Shown: piece by piece, positions 1-8,121 of the stretch
Layout of the letters: each line of letters opens with the position of its first letter
Position numbering within the stretch: position 1 is the first letter of the stretch
Notes under the pieces: generated by a model
Told to the model about the DNA's origin: nothing
Seen by the model: the letters and a program-made list of their open reading frames with translations, nothing else
Database searches by the model: none
IMG/VR virus record: IMGVR_UViG_3300016722_000007
Span: 1-36,129 of that record
Reading direction: 5' to 3' (one strand)
DNA length: 36,129 bases
Source of the DNA: a virus
Taxonomy: Duplodnaviria; Caudoviricetes
Program-made: the position numbers and the translations under genes

Positions 1-405
1 TACCGCTCTGCTCTTCCGAACATCCGGAAAGAATACTTTAAGGCCCTTTGGCTGGGTTTACTCCTTCTCGTGGTCGGCTTTGCCTCCGGAGCGGCGGTGG
101 GTTGTCTATGGACTGAGATGGCCGACCGTATCATTGCCTCGGGTGTCATTGGCTCGTTCCTCTTCATTATCTTCTACCTGCCGTATTTCCTCATCGTCAT
201 GGAGATGCTAGCCTCCCATTACGATGGCGTCTTTGCCAAATACTCGGTTGCCTTTGCGGAGAAGACACTCCATCAGCTCGAGGAAACAAAGCGGCTGAGT
301 GAAGAGGAAGCCAAAGAGATCCAAAAGATGATCGATGATGCCAAAAACCGGAAACCTTCGGATGATGATGCCGACGGCGACGATGACGATGACGATTACG
401 AATAA
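1..405 (+). CDS. Host membrane protein, 3' part (5'-truncated by the window), with acidic C-terminal tail
   Basis: Frame is open from base 1 to TAA at 403-405; hydrophobic segments followed by a poly-Asp tail; lies outside the left att repeat. Confidence 0.75.
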   Translation, partial: YRSALPNIRKEYFKALWLGLLLLVVGFASGAAVGCLWTEMADRIIASGVIGSFLFIIFYLPYFLIVMEMLASHYDGVFAKYSVAFAEKTLHQLEETKRLSEEEAKEIQKMIDDAKNRKPSDDDADGDDDDDDYE

Positions 406-411
406 ACTATG

Positions 412-441
412 AAAAAAGCCTCGGATTCCGAGGCTCTATTT
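412..441. terminator. Probable bidirectional intrinsic terminator (original terminator downstream of tRNA-Gly)
   Basis: AAAAA-AGCCTCGG-att-CCGAGGCT-CTATTT: 8-bp stem with an A-tract on the left and T-rich sequence on the right, just beyond the displaced tRNA 3' end. Confidence 0.75.
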
Positions 442-446
442 CGTTA

Positions 447-466
447 CTGGAGCAAGTGACGGGAAT
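447..466. repeat. Left att core (displaced 3' end of tRNA-Gly)
   Basis: CTGGAGCAAGTGACGGGAAT is identical to 35678-35697. Confidence 0.95.
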
Positions 467-643
467 TATCGATACCTTTCCCCTGCCTTCCGCTCCTTTC
501 CGTATAAATCGAAAACATCAGATTATATGGTTTATTTTGTTAAACAATTGGTTGAACAATTCCGCCATTTTCCGTTTGGTTCCACTAAAAATGGTGTTTT
601 TTTATGCTGGGAAAAGAGGAAAATCAAATGAAGGGAAACATTT

Positions 644-1105
644 ATGAGGAAAATATTGTTCATGTTCTTGGCCGCATTAATTCTTTCTTCTTGCGGAACA
701 GCTTCGCTTTCTTCAATGGCCGACAAAAGCGATTTGCTTGCTGATTCATCATCCCCGAAAACTGCCAAACTGACCGTTGTTGATTCATCGGGGACATTCG
801 AATCTGTTTTTTCTGAGAAACTTCAGACAAACGGCATGGAGACTTTGAAAGACATCTCAGTTTTCGTTGACTTCTTTTCTTCAGACGGCGTTATTGGATG
901 CTCTTTTTCAACCATCGACTGCCTGAGTCCGTACGACGATTGGTGCTTTATGGTCTCGTTCTCAAGTCCAAAAGAAGTCATCAAAGCCAGGATATCTAGG
1001 AAAAAATTCACTCTGTCCGGAGTTGAGTATGACTATGTTGTGAATTACGGTTCGAGCAATTGTGGGGTATCGACATGCGACGACGGCGAGGCTAGGCCTT
1101 CTTAG
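644..1105 (+). CDS. Lipoprotein with FxLYD-like domain (possible superinfection-exclusion or lysogenic-conversion protein)
   Basis: Signal peptide with lipobox LSSC; segment DISVFVDFFSSDGVIG...LSPYDDWCF resembles FxLYD domains; convergent with the integrase. Confidence 0.65.
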   Translation: MRKILFMFLAALILSSCGTASLSSMADKSDLLADSSSPKTAKLTVVDSSGTFESVFSEKLQTNGMETLKDISVFVDFFSSDGVIGCSFSTIDCLSPYDDWCFMVSFSSPKEVIKARISRKKFTLSGVEYDYVVNYGSSNCGVSTCDDGEARPS

Positions 1106-2246
1106 AAGCCGAAGTAGCCATAGAGAATTGATCCTCGACCCTCTTGATCAGAAGGTCCTGATCTTCCGCCTTTACGTGGTTGGCATACGTCTCAAGGAAA
1201 ACGCTAACGGTGTTTCCTTGCATTTTTGCTGCTGCGGCCACGTCGGTAATGGTGTAGCACTTTGACCCTAGCCAAGTAGCCATGGTGTGCTTTAATCCAT
1301 GTGGTGTGTTTCTTTTTATTCCGGCGATTTGGCAATACTTTGTCATCATTCTTCTAATGGCGTTTTTCGAAATCGGTTTTAAGCTCCATGAGGGCGTGAA
1401 AAGGTATCGATTGGGTTCTCCTCCGATTTCCTTGATATAAGCCTCCAAAACCTCGTAAACGGGTTTTGGCAGTGGTTTTGCCCTGTAGCTTGTCGCCGTT
1501 TTCAAATAATCGCTGTCCAGGTGTTCCCCCAAACCGGTTCTTTCGATGATTTGGTGGCTGAAAACTATCTGATGGTGCACCTCGTCATAGTCTCTTACCC
1601 TCAGGGCAATGAATTCACCGATGCGACAACCAAGGTAGCAATAAAGGGTGAACAAGACAAAGTTTCTTGAATTGCGCTGGATCGCATTGAGAAAGGCTTG
1701 CTCCTCCTCCATCGTCCAGGCGGTCTTTTCCTTGGAAGGTTTCCTATCTGCTTTAATATGGCGAACCAAAGACAAAACCGTTTGGTGAGACGCCGAGTCT
1801 ATGAGTTTGTTGACAAAGGCGAAATTGGCGAGATCGTCAAATCTTCCGATGACCTTATTGGCCATGTTCGGAGAATTGGTTTCCAACAGTCTCTGATACC
1901 AATACTTAACAGCTTTCTCATTAAAGACGTCCTTGAGCAGCTTTCCTTTGAATTCCTTCATGTGGAAAAAATCGTTTTGATCGCAATTGATTCTTGTTTG
2001 GATCGAAATTCCGATTCTTTCCCTGTCCTTTTCGTAATCTTTCAAAAGGTCGTCGAAAAACTCGATGGCGAAGTCGCCGGAGTGGTCTCTCTTCCATTGC
2101 TCGATGGCCCGTTCCCAATCGTCATTGGCTTGCCTTTTGGTTTTATAACCGTGGATTGTGCAGCCTTTCCAAATTCCGCGAATCTTGACGCGAGTCTTGA
2201 TGAAAACACCGTTCTTGTCCTGGTATATGCCATTTCTCACGATCAA
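1092..2246 (-). CDS. int: Phage tyrosine integrase
   Basis: 384 aa; LGCRIGE box I, LKT, TPHGLKHT box II, C-terminal Tyr (ETYANH); next to att; TTG start overlaps the repressor stop. Confidence 0.92.
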   Translation of the reverse strand: MIVRNGIYQDKNGVFIKTRVKIRGIWKGCTIHGYKTKRQANDDWERAIEQWKRDHSGDFAIEFFDDLLKDYEKDRERIGISIQTRINCDQNDFFHMKEFKGKLLKDVFNEKAVKYWYQRLLETNSPNMANKVIGRFDDLANFAFVNKLIDSASHQTVLSLVRHIKADRKPSKEKTAWTMEEEQAFLNAIQRNSRNFVLFTLYCYLGCRIGEFIALRVRDYDEVHHQIVFSHQIIERTGLGEHLDSDYLKTATSYRAKPLPKPVYEVLEAYIKEIGGEPNRYLFTPSWSLKPISKNAIRRMMTKYCQIAGIKRNTPHGLKHTMATWLGSKCYTITDVAAAAKMQGNTVSVFLETYANHVKAEDQDLLIKRVEDQFSMATSASKKA

Positions 2247-2635
2247 TCGCCTTCTTTCGTTATCATGCGTTCGGTGATGCTTTTAATTGCTTTGAGGTCA
2301 TCCAGCGACATTCTGTTGAGGTCTCCAATGATTCCGTCGATCGCTGCGCTCATTTCAATGGCGTCGTTTGTTCGTTCGACCTTTAGGTCGTTTTCCTTAG
2401 AGACGTTTGGGCCGTCATCGTCTGTGAAGCCCATAAGCCAAGTAGGACTGACCATAAGAAATTTGGCCATTGCGAATATAGTTTGGGTCTTTGGAACAGA
2501 ACGGCCCCCGGCGTAATAGCAAATCCTTTGCTTGCTAATCCCAGCCTCCTTTGAAAGCCTTGCTTGATTGACGCCGCGAAGGTCCATTGCTTGCCTCAAT
2601 CTTTCGGCTATCAACTGACCATTTGATTTTTCCAT
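2243..2635 (-). CDS. CI-like repressor, XRE helix-turn-helix
   Basis: ERLRQAMDLRGVNQARLSKEAGISKQRICYY...P...AKFLMVSPTWLMG is a typical HTH_XRE; ATG at 2635 preceded by AGGAGG; divergent from the Cro-like gene. Confidence 0.88.
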   Translation of the reverse strand: MEKSNGQLIAERLRQAMDLRGVNQARLSKEAGISKQRICYYAGGRSVPKTQTIFAMAKFLMVSPTWLMGFTDDDGPNVSKENDLKVERTNDAIEMSAAIDGIIGDLNRMSLDDLKAIKSITERMITKEGD

Positions 2636-2667
2636 GATGCGCCTCCTGTAACCTAATAATATGACAA

Positions 2668-2685
2668 AGTTAACAAAAAATGAAT
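2668..2685. promoter_or_regulatory. Putative operator O1
   Basis: AGTTAACAAAAAATGAAT, one of three copies of AGTNAAC-AAAA-RRTGAAT around the cro-like gene. Confidence 0.6.
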
Positions 2686-2702
2686 AGGGGGTTAAAAATT
2701 CT

Positions 2703-2731
2703 TTGACAAGTAAACAAAAGGTGAATATTAT
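2703..2731 (+). promoter_or_regulatory. Lytic (PR-like) sigma70/sigmaA promoter overlapped by operator O2 (2709-2726)
   Basis: TTGACA (2703-2708), 17 bp, TATTAT (2726-2731); the spacer contains AGTAAACAAAAGGTGAAT. Confidence 0.8.
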
Positions 2732-2759
2732 GTAATCGCTGAGCCATGGGGGGTAACAC

Positions 2760-2978
2760 ATGGAAGAAAACGTTGCATTGGTAGGGAAGGCCGCTTTAGG
2801 CGCTCTTGTCGTTCAAAAGTTCGGAACCCATCGGGAATTCGCAAAACGCTTGGGCAAATCTAGGCAAAGTTGGTCTCGCGAGTTTCGTAATTTCAACTTC
2901 CGTGCGGATGAGGTTGTCAAGATAGCCGAGCTGTTGGCTATCCCGCGTTCGCAATACGGATCCTATTTTTATAAATAA
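2760..2978 (+). CDS. Cro-like HTH regulator
   Basis: 72 aa; THREFAKRLGKSRQSWS...F..DEV.KIAELLAI...YF pattern; first gene of the rightward operon. Confidence 0.8.
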   Translation: MEENVALVGKAALGALVVQKFGTHREFAKRLGKSRQSWSREFRNFNFRADEVVKIAELLAIPRSQYGSYFYK

Positions 2979-2996
2979 AGTCAACAAAAGATGAAT
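2979..2996. promoter_or_regulatory. Putative operator O3
   Basis: AGTCAACAAAAGATGAAT directly after the cro-like stop codon. Confidence 0.55.
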
Positions 2997-3009
2997 TGGA
3001 GTGTGGAGC

Positions 3010-3279
3010 ATGACCAAATCAGAATTTGAAACCTTGCCTTTCGTTGGCTATCGCGACGTTATGGCCTTCCTTGGAGTTGGCCACACCAAAGCCTGCGAGA
3101 TAGTAAACGCCGCCCGAACGCAGTTCGGCGGCTCTTTGACGTTCTTCTCCGGAAAATGCTCAACCGAATCGGCCATAAAAGCCATTGAGTTCGGCGGAAA
3201 GATTTCTGCGAAGAAACGAGCATTGAAAGCCCCTTCTTCGCCTGTCTCGACATACGAAAAGGAAGGGGGTGGCGCCTGA
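3010..3279 (+). CDS. Small DNA-binding protein, excisionase-like
   Basis: VGYRDVMAFLGVGHTKACEIV HTH-like pattern; GGAG RBS; position after cro. Confidence 0.55.
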   Translation: MTKSEFETLPFVGYRDVMAFLGVGHTKACEIVNAARTQFGGSLTFFSGKCSTESAIKAIEFGGKISAKKRALKAPSSPVSTYEKEGGGA

Positions 3280-4208
3280 TGGAAAAGACCGAGATCGATT
3301 GGCTTAAGCTTTTCGTCAATTTCCTCGACGGCGACTCTTTCAAGCATATGCGAAGGGCCAAGGTCGAAGGAGTTATGGACCCCAGAGACAAACTCGAAGC
3401 CGTCTGGTGGGAGTTGCTGGCGCTCGCCGGAAAATGCAACCACGGCGGAGCCATTTGGAACGATGATGGCGTTTCCTACAAAACCGACGAGGATATCGCC
3501 ATCGCCGTGGACAGAGCGGAAAGCGAGATTCAGTTCTGCATGGCCTTTTATGTCAAACAGGGAATGATCACCCGAACCGACAAAGGCCCGATTATCAATA
3601 ACTTCGACAAATACCAGTCCATCGACAAGCTTACTCAAATTCGGGAGGCGGCCCGCCTTCGTCAGGAAAAACACCGCGTGGCTTTGAAACGTCTGTCAAT
3701 GTCACGTGACGGTGACGTGACGTCACAGAATCCTTCTCAAGAGACGAAAGACGTAGCCGAAGACGTTAAGACGTCAGAAGTTTTACCAAGTTTTACCAGG
3801 TTAGACCCGAATCGGGGATTCGGGCCATACGTCGCTTACCTATACGAACACTCCTACTTGAACGATTTCGACTTAAGCGACGAGGAAGTGGCCAACCAAT
3901 ATAAGGAATTCCTTGGCTCGATGGACGCCAAATACGGGAACAGAAATCTTCATTTGACTCTGAAATACTTCGTGGGGGAATACTGCAAACCCATCTATCG
4001 CGGAGGAAGGATCGTCGGATGGTCAATGAGCGAGGATCCCCAATCGAAAATTGGCTTGCTCAAAAAGTCGGTTTCCGAAAATTGCGAGAGATTCAGCGGC
4101 AAATCCGAGGACGAGCTTCCCTTTGGACAAATCGGCGATGAAACGGACGACAACGAATGGAAAGAGCTTATGGCTTCCTTTTGTTTGAAGCCGGAAGGGG
4201 GCGACTGA
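3279..4208 (+). CDS. Phage replisome organizer / replication initiator
   Basis: N-terminal IDWLKLFVNFLD...WWELLALAGKCN...IINNFDKYQ...REAARLRQEKHR pattern typical of Phage_rep_org_N; internal repeats. Confidence 0.85.
   Translation: MEKTEIDWLKLFVNFLDGDSFKHMRRAKVEGVMDPRDKLEAVWWELLALAGKCNHGGAIWNDDGVSYKTDEDIAIAVDRAESEIQFCMAFYVKQGMITRTDKGPIINNFDKYQSIDKLTQIREAARLRQEKHRVALKRLSMSRDGDVTSQNPSQETKDVAEDVKTSEVLPSFTRLDPNRGFGPYVAYLYEHSYLNDFDLSDEEVANQYKEFLGSMDAKYGNRNLHLTLKYFVGEYCKPIYRGGRIVGWSMSEDPQSKIGLLKKSVSENCERFSGKSEDELPFGQIGDETDDNEWKELMASFCLKPEGGD
3700..3776. repeat. Iteron/palindrome cluster, probable phage replication origin
   Basis: TGTCACGTGACGGTGACGTGACGTCACA (nested GTCAC/GTGAC) followed by three AAGACGT repeats within the initiator gene. 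Confidence 0.65.
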
Positions 4209-4209
4209 A

Positions 4210-4773
4210 ATGGAGGCTGAGCAATTGGATCTGTTCGAATCGTCGGGAGGCGAGGAAACCCGCCAGCCTTCCGATCTCAACCCGAGGCAGTGGGCGACAT
4301 ACCGTCTAATCCGCAGTCGTTCCCTAATTGGAGGGTTCTGCACCCAACGAGAAATCGCGGACAACTACCCTAGATTCGCCAGAGACGAAAAGGGAAACCT
4401 CCGAATGGTTAATGAGGACGGCTATTGCTGGGTGGAGGATTCCTCCCATGGCGACCATTGCCGAACGATCCTATCCGACGTCTATGCGATCAACGAGAGC
4501 TATGAGATCACGAAGATCCTCGTGGCCATCGATTACCAATACCGACTCGGAACTGAAGAGGAATGCGCCGACTACTACTGGAAGATGAAAATCTCCGGGA
4601 ACATGAAGGAGCATCGCGCCGCCCTTATAAAGGCCAAGATGCGCCAGGACGGCCAAGGCCAGCTTCTCTCCAGACGGCTTAAGGCCGTTTACGACGGCTC
4701 TGACAAGAAGACGAAGAAATTCATCGAGTCGTTCATCACGGAGGATCCCGAATATGCAGCAGCAATCAAATAG
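4210..4773 (+). CDS. Hypothetical phage protein (possible winged helix; N-terminal QLDLF)
   Basis: ORF tightly coupled to its neighbours in the early operon. Confidence 0.7.
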   Translation: MEAEQLDLFESSGGEETRQPSDLNPRQWATYRLIRSRSLIGGFCTQREIADNYPRFARDEKGNLRMVNEDGYCWVEDSSHGDHCRTILSDVYAINESYEITKILVAIDYQYRLGTEEECADYYWKMKISGNMKEHRAALIKAKMRQDGQGQLLSRRLKAVYDGSDKKTKKFIESFITEDPEYAAAIK

Positions 4774-5116
4774 CCAATTGAACCGGATGACCGTTGAGTA
4801 CGAGGAAATCGGAATGGAAAACGTCTCTCTCGATGTGGAAATAACGAGCGAGGACATCGCCGATTTCATCCTCAAGAGGCAGTTCAAGCACGGAACCGAA
4901 GACATGAAGGGATCGCGGGACTTCGCTACACGGCTCATCGGGTCGTCGTTCGGGGACTGCATCAAGGAATTCGAAGCGTTCTTCGGCATAAAGGACTGTG
5001 TCGGGTGGTATGAGATCGTCGAGGAATCCCATGAGTTCTATGAGTACATGAAATGCAAACACAGGAAAGAGGCGTTAGCGAAAACATCCTCGATCCATGA
5101 GAGGAGAAAGCAATGA
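4754..5116 (+). CDS. Hypothetical phage protein
   Basis: GGAGG RBS upstream; stop overlaps the next start (ATGA). Confidence 0.65.
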   Translation: MQQQSNSQLNRMTVEYEEIGMENVSLDVEITSEDIADFILKRQFKHGTEDMKGSRDFATRLIGSSFGDCIKEFEAFFGIKDCVGWYEIVEESHEFYEYMKCKHRKEALAKTSSIHERRKQ

Positions 5117-5493
5117 AAGACGCCGTTTGGAAAGACATAGATGGGCTTCCGGGCTACCAAGTTTCCGATGGCGGTCACGTCCGCAACGCAAAGACCAGGA
5201 AACGCCTCGCGGAAAACGTCAACGGGTCCTCGAGCCGCTACCTGCGCGTGACAATCGACCGCAAACACTACATAGTCCATCGCTTGGTCGCCATGGCCTT
5301 CCTTCCGAACCCGGATGGGCTTCCGGAGGTCGACCACATATCGCGGGACAAGACCGACAACAGCGTCTCCAACCTCCGATGGGTCGACCATAGCCTGAAC
5401 ATCACCTTCATGTGGATCTCGATCCACTTAGGGGAAAAAGTCGTCACTCCGAGACGCAGACACATCAAAAAGCAAAAGGAGAATGTTGCATGA
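5113..5493 (+). CDS. NUMOD4-HNH endonuclease-like protein
   Basis: WKDIDGLPGYQVSDGGHVR (NUMOD4) and VHRLVAMAFLPNP...VDHI..DKTDN..SNLRW (HNH). Confidence 0.9.
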   Translation: MKDAVWKDIDGLPGYQVSDGGHVRNAKTRKRLAENVNGSSSRYLRVTIDRKHYIVHRLVAMAFLPNPDGLPEVDHISRDKTDNSVSNLRWVDHSLNITFMWISIHLGEKVVTPRRRHIKKQKENVA

Positions 5494-5960
5494 ACGGAAC
5501 AGAAATGTTGATAGCTGAGATGGAGAAGCTCGACAAATCCAAAAAACAGATCGCCGAGGCTTTGCTGGAGGAGTTCAAAGATCATTCTAACGGGTTGGAA
5601 AAAGCCTGGGAGACTCGCGGGCTAACGATTGCCAAACTAATGCAAATGCTTACGCCTTACGCCAAGAACGAGCTTGGGGGAAAGAGCGGGGCTGTGGATG
5701 GCGATACCGTTATGGGTTGGGTTAATCATCTAATCGTTGACGGGGATGTTCCAGAAACAAAGAAAGAGGCTCGTGAAAATCTCAACAAAGAAGACGAAGA
5801 CGAGCCTGAATCTGAAAAAACCGAAAAGGCTGCTAAGCCAACTGCAGCTAAAAAAACCGAGACAAAAAAGACCAAAGCATCAAAGAAACAAAAGCAGGAT
5901 CTGCCATGCCAGCAGTTGAGTTTATTCGATTTTGTGGGGGGAGCCAGCAATGGAAATTAA
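5490..5960 (+). CDS. PcfK-like protein
   Basis: YAKNELGGKSGAVDGDTVMGWVNH core, Lys/Glu-rich linker and terminal QLSLFDF; directly upstream of a PcfJ-like gene. Confidence 0.7.
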   Translation: MNGTEMLIAEMEKLDKSKKQIAEALLEEFKDHSNGLEKAWETRGLTIAKLMQMLTPYAKNELGGKSGAVDGDTVMGWVNHLIVDGDVPETKKEARENLNKEDEDEPESEKTEKAAKPTAAKKTETKKTKASKKQKQDLPCQQLSLFDFVGGASNGN

Positions 5961-7260
5961 AGCCAGGACCATCAACGAACTCCCTGTCGAATGGTTAAAA
6001 AAACTCGGGCCGATAGCAAAGAGCAACATCCAATTCGCCAAATTCCTTGAGAAGACAAACGGTGTGTGGCACTTGTCCACAATCGCCTTCAAGAAGCCGA
6101 AAGGGAAGATCCTGATGGCCCAAGAAGCGGAGCGACATTACTTTTTCGGAAAGAGAATGGCCAATCCGAATCTCTACTTCACGAACATGGCCGGATACAA
6201 CCTTCTTTGGTCGGAATCCGACTTCAAGAAACGATGCAAAGCCTACAGCTACTGGTCCTTCACCGACGATTATTACCTCAAAGATCTGAAAATGGTCGAG
6301 GAAAGGGATGAAGTCCACATGTCGGTTATTCCGATGTACAGCGGATACGAGATTGAAGAAGTCTTGAAAGAATTCCTCCCTTATTTCTCGATCGAAGGCC
6401 AAGTTGACAACTCGACAATGTGCTATCCGGAAGACTTCATCAAGATCTATAAAAACAACCTTCCCGCCAGCGAGCTTCTGTGCAAAGCGGGTTTCAGCGA
6501 TCTAGCTTGGTCGGCTAGCGTCTGCCATGCGAAAGGAGAATCGAGAAAGAAGATCCTGAACTTCATCAAGGCGAACAAGGAAAGGATTAAGCGGCATGAC
6601 ATAACGTGCGGCCAAATCGTCTATTGCGCCCGTCACGATTTGACTTTTGACCGGATTGAAGAAGTGCGCGAGATCAAGGAACTTGCCGCCACGATCAATT
6701 CGGCGCTCGGCCCAATATCCGCCAAGGCTGGAATCACGAAGGAAATGCTTTCTGAAATGAGAACCTACCTAAATGGTTATCACACCTATCCGATCCAGTC
6801 TTATGCGAATTACCTTCTTGAAAAATACAAAGAAGGGTTCGACATCACAAAACGAAACATCATGTTCCCACGCGATTTGGCGGAGGCAATCGGTGAAGAG
6901 GCTTTCCGTAAGAACAAGGATCTATCGGAGAAAATTAAGGCTATTGCTGAAAAGCTGGGGATGATCCAAGAAGGCGACATCAAGGTCATGCCGATGGAAT
7001 CGGTTAAAGACTTCATAAAGACCGGCATCGATCTTGACATGTGCGTTGGCACCTACGGTTATGACAAGAAGATGGCGAAGGGGGAAACATTCTGCTGCGT
7101 TGTCTATCTCAAAGACAAACCCATGGAGTGTTGCGAAATCAGCATGAAGACGCGCGAGATCATCCAACTATATGGCCATGGCGACAAACCGTCTCCGATT
7201 CATCAACAAGCCTATCAACTCTGCCAAAGATACGCCCAAAGCGTTCAGCTAGGAGCCTAA
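5950..7260 (+). CDS. PcfJ-like protein
   Basis: C-terminal FPRDL...SVKDFIKTG..LDMCVGTY...EI...IIQLYGHGD matches the PcfJ pattern. Confidence 0.75.
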   Translation: MEIKARTINELPVEWLKKLGPIAKSNIQFAKFLEKTNGVWHLSTIAFKKPKGKILMAQEAERHYFFGKRMANPNLYFTNMAGYNLLWSESDFKKRCKAYSYWSFTDDYYLKDLKMVEERDEVHMSVIPMYSGYEIEEVLKEFLPYFSIEGQVDNSTMCYPEDFIKIYKNNLPASELLCKAGFSDLAWSASVCHAKGESRKKILNFIKANKERIKRHDITCGQIVYCARHDLTFDRIEEVREIKELAATINSALGPISAKAGITKEMLSEMRTYLNGYHTYPIQSYANYLLEKYKEGFDITKRNIMFPRDLAEAIGEEAFRKNKDLSEKIKAIAEKLGMIQEGDIKVMPMESVKDFIKTGIDLDMCVGTYGYDKKMAKGETFCCVVYLKDKPMECCEISMKTREIIQLYGHGDKPSPIHQQAYQLCQRYAQSVQLGA

Positions 7261-7441
7261 GCCAGCCTGTTATGCCCTCTACAAAGGGGACTGTTTCATT
7301 GATTTAGGAAGCGTCCGTCACCTCGCTCAACTGATAGGGGTTAAGGAAAGCACGATCCATTACTACATGACACCTTCGTATCACAAAAGATACGGTGGTG
7401 ACAAAGGAAATCGCTACGTTGTGATAAGGGTAGAGGACTGA
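7253..7441 (+). pseudogene. Start-less small phage HTH protein reading frame
   Basis: Frame reads ...CYALYKGDCFIDLGSVRHLAQLIGVKESTIHYYMTPSYHKR...VIRVED*, resembling a common small phage protein; in-frame TAG at 7250-7252 and no ATG/GTG/TTG before the conserved part. Confidence 0.5.
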
Positions 7442-7471
7442 AGTCGGCAGAAAGCCAAAAGGAGAAACGAT

Positions 7472-8065
7472 ATGGGAAAAAAGAAGAGCGAAACGGTGGA
7501 AGCCGAGAAAACTTCTAACAACGCCAACATGAATGCTTTCAACCTCGAAAGGGTCAAACCGGAAGAGGTAAGAGATGAAGCTCGAAAACTTCTTGCGTTG
7601 TTCGAGGGCAGCTTTATCAACAACCATTTGGAGTTCATCGCGTGCTCTGACTTTTGGCCACAACGATGGTCAGGCGTCGATAAACTTCCCGCTACCAGCG
7701 AGAAAAAGAAGATTTGCATCAATGCCTTCTTCAGCCTAGAAGATTGCAAAAACGAGGGGGACGTGGCCAAAAAGATCCTGTATTGGCTTTCCAAGGCGGC
7801 TTCAGGCGACATAAGTTGGAGTTGGGACCGACAAACCAACGCGCTTATCGCCCAATGGCTTCGGGATCGCTGCAACAGGTACCTCGGCACCCGTCTTACA
7901 GCCGGCGATTGGACGTGGGTTTATTGCTACATCGGCAATGGTATCAACGAACCGTTGGCCGAAAAGTTTATCGGGTCAGGGTACGATCTAGCCGTTCTTC
8001 AGAATGAAAGGAAGCCTGTCTACTATCTGGACGATAAAGGAAACATAAGAAGAAAAAAGCAATAG
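7472..8065 (+). CDS. Conserved hypothetical phage protein
   Basis: AAGGAG RBS; 197-aa ORF with NRYLGT...YCYIGNGIN...KFIGSGYD pattern seen in Bacillota phages. Confidence 0.75.
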   Translation: MGKKKSETVEAEKTSNNANMNAFNLERVKPEEVRDEARKLLALFEGSFINNHLEFIACSDFWPQRWSGVDKLPATSEKKKICINAFFSLEDCKNEGDVAKKILYWLSKAASGDISWSWDRQTNALIAQWLRDRCNRYLGTRLTAGDWTWVYCYIGNGINEPLAEKFIGSGYDLAVLQNERKPVYYLDDKGNIRRKKQ

Positions 8066-8121
8066 AGAAACTATTGAACTTGGAACAACAAAAACGCCAA
8101 AAAGGCAAAAGGAAAAAAGAT

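Noticed and set aside
1698-2516. 272-aa + strand ORF
   Set aside because: Antisense to the integrase and repressor, which have clear motifs.
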